This document shows, one piece after another, positions 41,674-54,800 of a DNA stretch of 64,000 bases. The stretch covers positions 23,622,001 to 23,686,000 of the forward strand of contig CM022679.1 of the NCBI GenBank assembly GCA_012295275.1. The letters run 5' to 3'. Each line of letters opens with the position of its first letter. Positions within the stretch are counted from its first letter, which is position 1. This stretch comes from Chrysomallon squamiferum (Eukaryota; Animalia; Mollusca). The translations under genes and the position numbers were made by a program. The notes under the pieces are model-generated. The model had not been told where the DNA came from. It saw only the letters and a program-made list of their open reading frames with translations, and did not search any database.

Positions 41674-43503
41674 TCAGAATCCTGCATCCATTAACTTTCG
41701 AATGGTGTGAACCAGTGGTTTATAGTCAGCTGCATTACCATCTGACAGTTTACCAGATTCAAATATCTCCCATCCAGCACTTGATCGTGACATAGAACAC
41801 ATCACAACCGCCTGGCTTTTTTTTGCATGTGTGAATGTTGTCTTGCAAAGATCTTTATCCTGGTCAGTTGCTTCAAAGAATTTCAAACTTGGATTGGGAA
41901 ACGTTTCAAGTGAAGGACTGAGAAAAGCACTGAGTATGAAGTAGAGGTGTGTTACGCAGCTAGGTAACTTCTTCAAATACACGTGGATGGTTTGGTGTCC
42001 AGTCTGAGAAGCATCATCCATCATAGCATCTCCAGAGTGAGTTACTGCATCAGTGATTCCAGGACGATTTCGATAGTCAACAAACTGAAGCAGTTTTTTT
42101 TTGCTGAAAAGCAAACAGGAAGCATCAAGAAAACGACTTCCACTTGCTGGATAGCCCCAGTAAAGATCAAATATAACATGGTCAAACCGATCAGGAACAG
42201 CAAACATCAAAACCACAAGATGTACTGTTTCATTTGGCTGGATGTCATATTCACTCATTTTCATATAATGACCATCTTCATCATACACCTACAGTAAAAT
42301 ATTAAAAATTGTATTTGATATAAATTTACATTCAGTTCAATAATTTAAGCATTAATGGTCAGATGATTAATCCTACACTGATGAATTAGTGCTAAATGTA
42401 CAAATGTACATGTCTATGTATTAGAAATAAAATGAGAAAACAATCCAAACAAAATTTATGTATATATCAATAATATATTTATTAACCGATGCAAATTAAA
42501 CACACCTTCAATTCATTCTCATGAAATAGCAGTTTTTGTTTCTGAACTTCATGCCCTAGTTTAGTCTTGATCTGCTCCTTCAGCTGCATTATGGTCATTG
42601 CAGGATTGAACAAGACATCAGTGCTGTCTCCATTCAAGACAGATATTCTTAAAATTTCATGAATAGATGCATCTGTTGAGACAGTTGACATATCTTCTGC
42701 AGTGTATTCTGTAAACAACTCTTCCAACATATGCTGCAGGAATTTAATCATTTTGTCCTCAACAGATTGGTCACATGAAGGATGTGGACATTTTCCATTC
42801 TCTTCTGCTGTTGCTACAACACACTGCAGACAGCAAAGGTAAAGTATTGTTAGTTAATATGCTTATCCAACTTCCCCAAAATGTATAACTGGGCATGATA
42901 TTGTGACTAAGGGCTGAGAATTGTTAAACTTTTTTTTTAAAGTAACTAAATATATTTTCATGATATGTACCTGTAACATCTATCATCTATAATTTTCAGT
43001 TAACATCAAGTGAAACAATGAATATCATCTTTTAACCAAATGCTATTATCTTATACAAACTGCTTGCAATGATTTGAAAATGTCACTAACTTACATTAAA
43101 AATGGAGAATAATTATAATAAATTATGAAATTAGACTTTAAATTTTATGCATGTATAATTTATTAATTAAAATAACTTTGAAACAGTATATATTGTCAAA
43201 AATGTAATTTTAAAAATAATATATATATATATACACATATATATATTAGCAGTGATTTAATATTAAATAATGTATACTCAATCTTTATACTGTTTCTTTT
43301 GATTTTGTTTTGATGTCTTATATTGATAGGCATTAAATGTGGCAGCAATGCATTTCTGCTTTAAATACAGTCAGCAGGTACAACTGAAATAAAATATCAT
43401 TTACCCTCATGCAGTAGAATCGTGGATGCATGCATTCTTCAGTAAGATCTTCAGGGGGAAACTCCTGTCTCAACTTTTCTTGGTTACATTTTCTGCATTT
43501 CAT
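41674..43503 (-). CDS. RING finger / ubiquitin-like / TerD-domain fusion protein, ~343 aa, 3 coding exons
   Basis: Exons 43503-43405, 42823-42506, 42288-41674 (phase 0, GT-AG), with a likely 5'UTR exon donor at 44023. RING-type CRKC-x17-CMH-x4-CMRC-x10-CPHPSC. Ubl ILRISVLNGDST..FNPAMTIMQLKEQIKTKLG...QKQKLLF...EYDIQPNETVHLV, without a C-terminal GG. TerD-like DLYWG..FLDASCLLF...VDY...AVTHSGD...IHVYLKKLP..V..LYFILS...AVVMC..SR...WEIF..G. Confidence 0.85.
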
Positions 43504-44309
43504 TTTGATGTTAATATACAGCTAGAAAAAATAAGGAAAATATTTTGATGGATAGTGAATGAATGATTAAATCAGATCACTTGAACAAATTTAGTAACAT
43601 TTTCTTGATTTTCACAATAAGTATATATATATATATACATGATGACTACCTCTAATTTGATGGTATTATGGGTGGTATTTATAATGTTATAGACTTACCA
43701 ATCCATTATTGAAAAATATAGGGTGATACAATTAAGGTGCCTTCAGCCAGCTCACAGTTCAGTGAACAGGAACATTAATCACAGAAAAAAGGTCACATAA
43801 TTATATATTACAAAATATTACTTATTTAGGATATAGAACAATTTATAATTATTTTATAAAGATGAACATTATTTACATGGTGATCTAGTCCGAAATTCTG
43901 ACTTTTCAAATTTGATTTTGGACTTATTTTGATCCAAAATTAATCAAGGGCCTTGTCAAGTCTAACGCTTTAAAACAAAATCAAATTAAATTAAACAAAA
44001 ACAACAAAAAAACAACAACTTACTGAGGTAATGGCGCACACCGAATTATTGGATTTGTCTTTCTCTATGCAACCTTTGGTTAATATTTATTTTTTAAACA
44101 GTGGAATCTGTGGATGCAATAATTTCCAAAAATCAATGGACCTGCGAAGATTTTATTTATGTAATGTCCTCGTTTATTTAATATATATTTGTTTTATTTC
44201 CCGTTATTCTGAAAACTAGTTAAATAAAAATTCTTGCAAGTATTATTCAGCTACTTGTTCATTAGAGCAGTCTAACATTCATTTTCATCGAATAATGAGT
44301 GTTAGATCT

Positions 44310-44335
44310 TTCTCCGAAATGCTTCTTTCGGTTTC
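44310..44335 (-). promoter_or_regulatory. GAS/STAT site TTCTCCGAA (44310-44318) and ISRE TTTCGGTTTC (44326-44335) upstream of the RING-Ubl-TerD gene
   Basis: Adjacent motifs ~290 bp upstream of the inferred 5'UTR exon donor. GAAACCGAAA is a canonical IRF core. Confidence 0.55.
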
Positions 44336-44716
44336 ATTCGACAACATAATACACTTCCTTGTCCATTGACGTTCTACCTTGAAAAGATTGTTGAATAAGG
44401 TCAGATGATAGTAATTTTCCATTTATGAAAGGCTGTTATAATTACTTTTCATTTTCATTATTATAGATTTGAGTGGATTTTAATGAACCAGGATTGTGGT
44501 ATTGGTAACGTCAATTTATTTATTTATTTAAAATTTGGTTATATAATTTCGATTACGATAATAATTCTGTTCGGTTATACATCCCACTGCGCTATTTTGC
44601 TTTACTCGGTTTTTAGCTAACCTTAATTGGATCTAAAAAATAACATAACCCCCAGCCTACTAAAAATAAAAAATAAAATAAAATAATAAAATAAATGAAA
44701 TAAAATAAATAAAATA

Positions 44717-44768
<52 letters not shown>

Positions 44769-46344
44769 CTTTTACTTTGGAAATAATTAAAATTTTATCT
44801 GTTTCAAAAGAATGTTAGCTGTAACTTGAGAAAAATCCACGGGGTGGGATGTGGGGAATTGTTAGTTTTGTATTTAAAGTCACATTTAAAGCAGATGTCT
44901 TCTACAAAGCATATCAAGTTTGTGTAATGTAGCACGTATGACTCAGAGGAAAAACAATTTATCTTTACAATTTTGCACCCGGCACTACATATTTTATCTA
45001 CTTTCAATTTTGCATTCCGAGAAAGTGATTATCTTGAACATGTTCCTTAAAGTCATATGTAGTCTTCGAATTACATAAAATTAATATCTATTTTTGTGCA
45101 AGTTGTACTAAGTTTATTGTATGTATTTAGTTATTATATTTAATAAGAAACACCATTTCGAAGGACATACACTTAAGTGAGTATGTTTTTTGTTTTTGTT
45201 TTGTTTTTGTTGTTGTTTATTTTTTTACTACTATATTGTCTGGCTATTAATTAAATATTGTGTTACTTTATAATGTAATTATTATAATTATGCATATAGA
45301 CCGATACTGGTGATCATCAGGTTGTTAGGGTAAAAATTATATACGATAGCTGCAGTTAACATGATATGAGTTAGAAATTACTTGCGATTACATATGTGTA
45401 AAATATATTGATTTTGTTAGTAGTCAAAACTATTTTTTAAAATTTCCGAATTTCTAAACCAAAACTCAAAATTTAAATATAAAAAACCGAATGTAAATGT
45501 GGTTATATCATTAACAATAAAAGCGATATTTAGACAAAGATACAGTCATCAATCAGACCACCAACTGCATTTGTAACTAATCACGTTTTACAACACTTTG
45601 CTACATTGAAAAAAATTACTCTCTTATTTTGTTCAGTGTTTACACACATGCGCATAATACCGCAGCTGCACTTATTTAAAACAAATGCCTAATTACGAAA
45701 TTTGACAAATCTGATAATATTTATTTTTATATCTAATTTTAGCCCAAGCTGAATTGTCAGATTCCGTATCTAGAACATTTCTTCGACATTTATAAATGTT
45801 ATTTCATTTTACAGCACAATATATATATTACTGAATGTTGCAACCTTACACCCTTGTGATTGAACTTTTGGTAGGCGTTTCCTGTGCAGAATATAATTTA
45901 TTTCCTAACTGAGCTAAAAACAAACAAACAAACAAACAAAAAACCTGTAGCTCTTGTAAAGTTACTGAAAGTATTAATAATAATGTAATATAAGGTAACT
46001 ATATTAACCGTACTCCAGGTTTTTATCGTCATTCAAAACATGTTTAAAGGAAATAATTATGTAGCAGATTTTTAACTAGGTAAACTTGTATTCTGTTACT
46101 ATTTCGTTAAATTATCACTATTAAAAGCCAGAAAGTAATATTTAACATTGGTATGGGTTCGGAACACGGAAAACAAAAATGAACTCTTAATTTCACTTCC
46201 AATTTTCGTACCATTTAATCATTAGTCGATTACTTCAAAACAACTGAGAGAAAACTGCATTTTTTCACTTTTGTTAAAAAAAGTGATAATGACAAAAAGA
46301 AAATAAATGCACAGTTTAAATATTTTGAGGAACGGTTTGTGATA

Positions 46345-46817
46345 CATGAAAATATTGGTTAACCTCAACGCCGCTCGTTGCAAAAATTAATGTTAACCAT
46401 CCAAATATTATTAGAAACGCCCCTTAGGGTCATGACCTCCAGTTCTGCGAAAACAACTTTTATTTGGACTGCCTTGTACCTTTGCACACGGTACGTCATA
46501 CGTTCTCGTTTGCTTCTAATTCGCAGAATATCTACTTTTCGTTTCGCATACCGAGAAAATATTTTCGCGAACGTGATCTTCAAAACTATATAAAACTGAT
46601 AAACAGTTTAAGTGAGACAATCTAACAGTGTTTTCTAACCATTTTTATGTACATAATTAAAATATGTATTTATCATTTCAAAAATATTATTGTTACCAGA
46701 ATGTAAAGTTTTAAAATAATTATGGCAAAGCGTGGGGTTTCCTTGGTTAATTAATAATTCGGTGAGTATTTTTCTTTTTGCGTAAAAAAAAAAAATAACC
46801 GTAAAAAAAAACCCCAG

Positions 46818-46851
<34 letters not shown>

Positions 46852-48270
46852 ACAAAACAAAACAAACAATAATAATAAAAGCAAGAAAGTAAATGTTATA
46901 GGTCACAGCAATAAAAATGTACTCCACATTAACATCCAGTTTTCTTAGCCTTTAATCATCGGTTGATTTCTTCAAAATAAAATATACTAAATTTGTTCTG
47001 TTTTATTAAATGTGAATATGAAAACTGATTAATCTCAACCTCCCTCGTTGCAAAAATTAATGTTAAACCATCAAATGTCATTAACAATGACAATTAGGGT
47101 CATGACTTCCAGTTCGGCGTAAAAAAACCTTTTATTTGGACTGCCTTAAACTTTTGAACACGGTACTTCATGGTTTTTATCGATGAATATCTACTTTTCG
47201 TTTCGCATACCGAGAAAATATTTTCGTGAAGGTGATCTTCAAAACTATATAAAAATGATAAACAGTTTAAATGTGACAGTTTAACAGTGTTTTCTAATAA
47301 TTTTTATGTACATAATTAAAATATGTATTTATCATTTCAAAAATAATATTCATTAAATTATTGTTACCAGAATGTAAAGTTTTAAAATAATTATGGCAAT
47401 GCGTCGTTAATCAATAATTCGTTGAGTATATTTCTTTTTGCGTAAACAGACTACAACAACTTCAACAATGATAGCAACAACAGTAATAATAAATATAAAA
47501 GAAAAAAAAAATCAAACAAGAAAATTGTTATAGAAAACTGTTATAGTGAAAGGGTTACAGCAATAAAAATGTATCTACATTCACATCCAGTTATCGTAAC
47601 GTTTAACCATCGATCGATTTCATCAAAACAAAATATACTGATTTTTTTTTTTATAATTTTTATATATATATATATAAAATGTGAATATCATGAATATTGA
47701 TTAACCTCAATCTCCTGCGTTGCAAACGTTAATGTCATTAACAACGCCCATTGTGGTCATGACCTCCAGTTAGGCGAAACAAACTTTTTTATTTGGACAG
47801 CCTTGTACCTTTGCACACGGTACGTCACACGTTCTCGTTTGCTTCTAATTCGCAGAATATCTACTTTTCGTTTCGCATACCGAGAAAATATTTTCGTGAA
47901 CGTGATCTTCAAAACTATATAAAACTGATAAACAGTTTAAGTGTGACAATCTAACAGTGTTTTCTAACCATTTTTATGTACATAATTAAAATATGTGTTT
48001 ATCATTTCAACAATACAATTGTTACCAGAATGTAACGTAAAATAATTATGGCAATGCTTGGGGTTCCGTCGTTAATTAATAATTCGGTGAGTATATTTCT
48101 TTTTGCGTAAACAAACAACAAACTAACAAATAAATAACAACAATAATAATAATTAAAAACAAGAAAGTAAATTTTATGCCTGACAGCAATAAAAATGTAC
48201 TCTACATTGACATCCAATTTGAATTTTCGTATCCTTTAAACATCGCTCGATTTCATCAAAACAAAATATA
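46345..48270 (+). repeat. Three tandem ~660-bp copies of a promoter plus non-coding first exon module
   Basis: Near-identical blocks: CTACTTTTCGTTTCGCATACCGAGAAAAT at ~46532, 47191 and 47861; TATATAAAA at ~46587, 47246 and 47916; donor GTGAGT at 46762 and 48087, mutated in copy 2 (~47421). Confidence 0.9.
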
Positions 48271-48647
48271 TTATTATCTAATTATAAAAAAGACTAGACA
48301 ATAAACACCAAAATATATGCACAACATTCAAAACCAATTGATATTAATATGAAATCATTGTAGTTTTCTGAAGTTGCTAGCAAGAGATGACGATGATTTT
48401 GAAACATGCATCAGCCAATGCAGCCAAATCTTTCATAGATCCATTTTAATTTAATTATTTTTCTAACCTTCAAAGCGCTACAGACAACAGCCATATAATT
48501 ATAATCTTTAAGCAATCACAGCTAACAGGAATTAGATGTTTAATTATTTGGTCTCATGCGTCATTTGCAAAAAATGCATGGAATGTTCATGAAGTGCAAT
48601 TGTGATTGGGACAGGTATTTTTCTGTCTGGTTAATTCTGAAGGCAAA

Positions 48648-48699
<52 letters not shown>

Positions 48700-48899
48700 T
48701 GCAGTAATTATCATAAATGTTTTATAATTATTGATTTTTAATAAATTGTTATAATTTTTTTTGCGGTAATGATGGATTTTTTTTAATAAAGTGAAATGTG
48801 GACATTTATTCAGAGTAATACTCAGAAACAACAACAGACTCATTCTTTACAGATATATTGATAAAATAGGCGAAAACAGTTCATTGGCAGTAATCCATA

Positions 48900-51800
48900 A
48901 TGGCAGCCAGTAGTGATGGAAGTGGATCTGATGCTGCTTTACAGCCATTTGGTAAGTAACTATTTATTTGAAACAGTCAGCTACTGAATGAAAGTAAAAT
49001 ATATGAAAATAACTAATACATGTATAAACATTAGCTTTAGGTAATTTTATTTTAAAAACTCTTTTATCAGTAATCATGATGAATAATACTAAAGGTAATT
49101 AAAGAAAAAGAAGATATAAACTTGTATTATTTCCTGAAATTTTTAAATTATATTTTATAATTTGTATACATTATGATTGGTAATCCAGTTTAATGGTATA
49201 TATGTGTTTAATTATCATGTGAAAATAAAATGTTTGTCTACTTTCAGCATTTGTTATGACATCTTATTTTCATAATACATGTTTATATAGTAAAAATGAA
49301 ATTTTAATGACTTGATTATTTGTTTATGGTTAGCAGTCATATGTTACTCACAGTCAAGTATTTTAAATAGTTTGGTAACACTCATTGTTGAATTTACTAA
49401 TAATCTCTAACCTTGCACTCTTTGTTAACTATTTTTATACTCATTATTATGACAAACTGATATAAATTATGGTTCATTTTGTTCCTTTTTCTAAAAATTG
49501 TAAGGAAACAGTATGAATTATATTTATATATTATAATAATATGTATGAAACCAATTTTCTGTTTCTTAGTACCTGTAATTTCTGTTGTAATTTCATTTCC
49601 AATTTCATTTTTGTTGTAATGTTAATTTGAAGTAGCATTGTTCCTTTTAATTTTCATTCAGATTTTCATTAAAATGTCCATTTAAGTTAGCCCATGTTTA
49701 ACAAGACAGTCCTTCTGAAAGTTCTCTCCAACAGCTGATGTTGTTGCTGATTTATCTTCTGTCATTATTTTTCTCTAATAAATATATTTCTTTTATTGTT
49801 TTGAACTCTGCTCTGTTTTGATGGCAGTTTCCAATATTTTTGCCACTTCTGTTACCTCTATCATCAAAAGCTGAAGGCAATGGACCCATTGTTTTTCTTC
49901 TGATAACCTTTTGATGTAAAAGCCTGAAGGGCATACTGAAACAATGGTTACCTGTCTATGACTTTTAGCTGCTGTATAGTGTTTTAAATCCTGGCATCAG
50001 TTTAGTATCCTTGTGCATGAATAAACTTTCAGTTAACAACCCCTTTCAGTACAAGGAGTCTTCATCCATATTAATTACTTGCTGAGGAAGGTATCCTTCC
50101 TAGATTATAAGCTTGTCCAATGCATGTACTGTACTCTTCACAACAATAGCAAAAACAAAATAAAACAAAACACAAACAAGTATAACCTAAGCATTTCTTA
50201 TATCTATCAAAACAGAATACAGTATAATATTGAGTATTGTTTCACTGTGCAGCTGGCAACACAGTCTAGTTTGAGAACATAAGATACATGGTAAATGTAT
50301 CCACTCCAACACCCTGAAGTTCACTGTATCCTATAGTGTGAAATTTTCTTTTAAAAAATAAATAAAATAAATACAAAAAAAAAAAAAAAAAAAAATTAGA
50401 ACATATTCCATCATTTTCTTAATTTTAAGGGCCACAGATGTGTACATTATTGGATTTTGTTTTAACATAACTGTACTAATACACAAATTAACAGATTTAT
50501 TTATAGGACTAACATTTTTATTGATATAGGTAAAAAGTTTGACATGTTGTCATTTACAGATTTGTAGACTATAATTTTATTACACACTCTTTAATGATCT
50601 TCACTGAAGGAATTAAACATACACATTTTTAATATTATGAGATCTAGGGGACAGTGATTCATGAAAACAGTTGTAGGCCAGAATATGGTTACAGTGACAA
50701 TGTTTTCATACAATCAACAGCATATTCAAAGAAGTGCTGTTTTTTTTAAGATTAATTTATAATTAAATTTTTCATTAGATCTGAGGCTTTAATTACTACA
50801 CTGGGATCAACATTTAAAGCTATAAGTATCAAAGCAAAACTGAGGTTTTCTCTCAGTGCTGCAAACAGATAATTTATCTACTGTTGATACTCTTTTTCAA
50901 CTGTCTGAAAAATATAAAAGTCTGGGAAATTGCAAACATAAATGTTAACCCTGAAATGTACTGAAACATTAATGTTATAAAATAATATTATAAAGTAAAT
51001 CAGAAATATTATGCAGATGTAAAAACAATGTAAACAAATGACATTCAATGTCAAAAAAAAATGCACAGATGAAAAATGCTGAGTGAAGTTTGTTGGGTTA
51101 GAATGGTTATGGATCATTGGATGCTGTTGTAAAATGGACTCTTACCTTGCTGAAAAGTGGGTTGAGAGAGGGTTGTCATGATCATTCATGGAATTCCGAA
51201 TAACTTAAAAGTTCCTAGAAGTAAGGTTTTAAGTGGGAAATAGCCAAATTTTGGAAAACCGATGCCTATGAAATTGAGAGTCAACAGTATTTATATTCTT
51301 AACTATTATTAACTATTTCCTTAATGATTAGACATTCCAGTAGATAGCATCTGAACTGAAAGTATAATTACAGAATTCTTATATTCCTAAGTTACATAAG
51401 CAATGACTTTTCCTTAACATAAAATTATGCAGAGTTTCAACATATGAAGTTTTTTATTGAAAAGCTTATGACCTACAGTTTTGAGATAGGAATATTACAA
51501 TTTATAAAACCAGTATTCTAATAATCCTTAAAAAAACAAATAAGTTAAAAATAAACAATGTTTTGTAAAGAAAAGAGAATGATGTTAAGAAAACAATTAT
51601 AATAATGTTGATGTTTTTAAACTGTTGTCTTTTCTGTTCTCTGTTGATTTATACAGAATTTATTTTAATTTTCTTTGATTTATTTCCATTTCTCTTTCAG
51701 AATTTAGTTTGAATGTGGATCCTGTGCTTGTAATGCAGAATGGAGACGAACAAGATATAGATGATTTTGAGAGTATTTATCCATATTTGGAAGATGTAAT

Positions 51801-54800
51801 TTGTAAAAGCAACTGTTTTGCATCCTTCTCAAATGTTATTGTGACTAAGGTAAACAAGGATCTTAAAATAACAGTGATGGCAAACTCTCTAAAACAGTTC
51901 AATGAAATAAAGACTGCTGTGAACAAAAAACAGTTAACACGTTTGATGACAGAAAAAGCTCAAAGTTTTGGTTTGGAACTAGATCTAGGCCTAGCAGCTG
52001 GATGTACTGAACACATAAGATTAGATGTATCCATAACAGAGGAAAGGAGGACAGCAAATTATGCAGCAAGACATTTTACAAAAGTGTAAGCAAGTTTAAT
52101 ATAAATATTTCCAAACAACTTGGATTCTGTATTAGGTTGATGTATCTTTAACAAATTTTGTACACTATTGTGTTGTCTATGCATTGGTGGGGGAAAAAAA
52201 GTTAACTACATCCAAACTTTTGGTTATGCAATTAGTTCAGGAGACTGATAATTTATGAAATTAAAAACAAACATTTCACAAACAATGCCTTTAACTGTTT
52301 GCACTGCTGTGGTTGGAAAGTATCTGTTGCAAACAACAAGAGAAAACTAATCAGAACTCTGCATTATGTCACTCAAATCTTTGTCAGCATTTTCTTTCAG
52401 TATTCCTTTTAACTGTTATTTAACTAACCTTTCCATATGTTTTCATTGCCATTAATATTATTGACCATGTCCATTTGTTAATCCCTATAAATATTGAAAT
52501 GAACAGCTGTACGCAATAAAATGTGTCTTTATTTGTTTATTTTGAGATTATTTTATTATGCCTGTAGGATAATTTCATTTTAAAAATAATAATAAAAAAA
52601 TACTATTACTAAATGAATATATAAATAAATTGAAAAGAAAAATTAATAATAATTTTTAAAAAATATATAATTATTTTGTATTAATTAGACACTGTCTATA
52701 AAAATAACCCTGATTTTGCTAGGGGTAAAAACGTTTGTTGGAACAGTTTTATTTTTTATTCAGAATTAAAATTAATCATTGATTAATCTAAAATCTATAA
52801 TGTTTGCTAAGTGCTGACTTCCTCTGTGCCTAACAGACACTACTTCAACAATCACAATGCACTGAGTTATGGTGATATCTCCAGGGTAGTGTATAATGTT
52901 TCAGCAGTCAAGGGTTATGCTTTGTTACTGTCTACTACTATAGTTCAAAGTTTTGCTGTTAAATGATGAGGTTAGGAAATACTTTTCACTCATATTAGAT
53001 TTCTTAGATCTGGGTGATTGTTAAGATCTTTATAAAATAAAATGATTGACATTTTTGTATCTTGCATGGAATCTGCACCCAATTTTATAGTATTTAATAA
53101 ACTAGCCACAAAACTTATCACTATCTTTTCAGAAATAGCTGAAATATTTTGGAATCCTCTCCCTGAGGAATTTTGAGGACATCACAAAGAATCAATTTCA
53201 GAATCGTATTAATAATGAATTCAGTTATTTCTACAGCTTATTTATATTTCATTATTAACTGATTCTAACTTGTCAAATCACTAATATAAATTTACACTGT
53301 TTGCTTCAGGAATAACAAAAATATTATTTGTTTCAAAAACTCTTGTAATAAAAGAATGATATTCTCACAGGAAATGGTGCCCTATTTCCAAAAGGAACTG
53401 GTAAATTAAAAAAAATAAATAAATAAAATAAAGTGCATACCTTATAAGAAATTAATGTAATTCTAGTTTCTTTTTAAAAACAAGAATGTTAAAAATCCTA
53501 TGGTTACAGTTTTTTGGTTTGTTTTCTTTTTTCTTCTTTTTTTGTGTGATCTCTTGCCATCTATTGCTATAGATATCTTATATCTTCTTGTTTATAATGT
53601 ATTTCAGTAAATCAAAATATTATTATTATTATTATTTATAGATCAACAGAAAAGAGAAAAGATAATTTAAGACAAGTAGAATCAGAGAGAAAAAGGAACA
53701 CAAATACAAATGAAAAGGTAAAAAACCCGTGTATTTTCTTTTTAATTATTTTCTTAAGTAAAAATTGTCATTGTTGAAAAAAGTTAATTACCATGTCTTA
53801 ACAATTTCTTAAAGATTAGGTAATTTGCAAATGTATTTTGTTCCAATTTCATTTTCAGCTTCTTCTTGATTATTACAACTTTTAATCATTTTTCTTACTT
53901 GATCATTAATTTTATAAATTATAAATTTTATAATTTGCATTAATTTTATAAACAATCAAATAAATAAATAAATAAAACTAGTGTGATTGTATCACCTGAT
54001 ACATTTTTCTATTTTGGCTATTAATCTACATGTTATGAAAAGAAAATATAATAATAGCCAGTCTTTATTTTTTTTATTTATAAAAGGCAGATTTTCACAT
54101 CACCTACTTGAGATTATGCTGTAAATTTATGTTTAGGTTCTTCACAGATGGAAAAGTTGATATGTCAAATATTTCTTCTACTGGATAATCAGTATAAGAA
54201 AAGCAAATCATATTATCTCAAAGCTTTGTATTTCTTTGTTTTATCTTTTTTTTTTTATCATTTTATACATGAGACTATATAAATAATTTTGTTTCAAAAT
54301 ACAAAAATAAAATAATAATTACAGAATGTTGTGTGTACAAAAAAGTCAAGAACTCAGGAAAATTCTGCTGTTTCCACAATGACTGCCACCCAGAGTTTAA
54401 AGGAAGATCCCAGATATGAACAAAAACCACCATCTCCATCTAGCAACAATGATCCAGTATGTTTGAGTTTTCTTAATGCTTTATAAAATGAAGGCATATA
54501 CTGATTTTATATAAAACATACACATTTTTTTCTTACTTGATTTGGTTATTTTCCATTAATTTTATAATTAAAAAAACAACAATAAAACAAACAACACTTT
54601 ATTATTATTATTCAGTTTTATGCATATTTCCAAAAGAGACCAACTGTTGATCATAATTATGTTAAATATGCACAGAAAATCATCATAAAATTCTGAAAGG
54701 TGACATCACTGATCAACAAACAAAATATTGTGTGTATTTAATTAAGATTCTGCATCCTTACATGCTTCAGTTGTTTTCTTTCAGAAGAAATATTTGGTGA

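Noticed and set aside
41674-42288. Bacterial contamination or an operon as the explanation for TerD
   Set aside because: The domain is in a spliced gene with GT-AG introns, fused to eukaryotic RING and Ubl domains, with host-like base composition.
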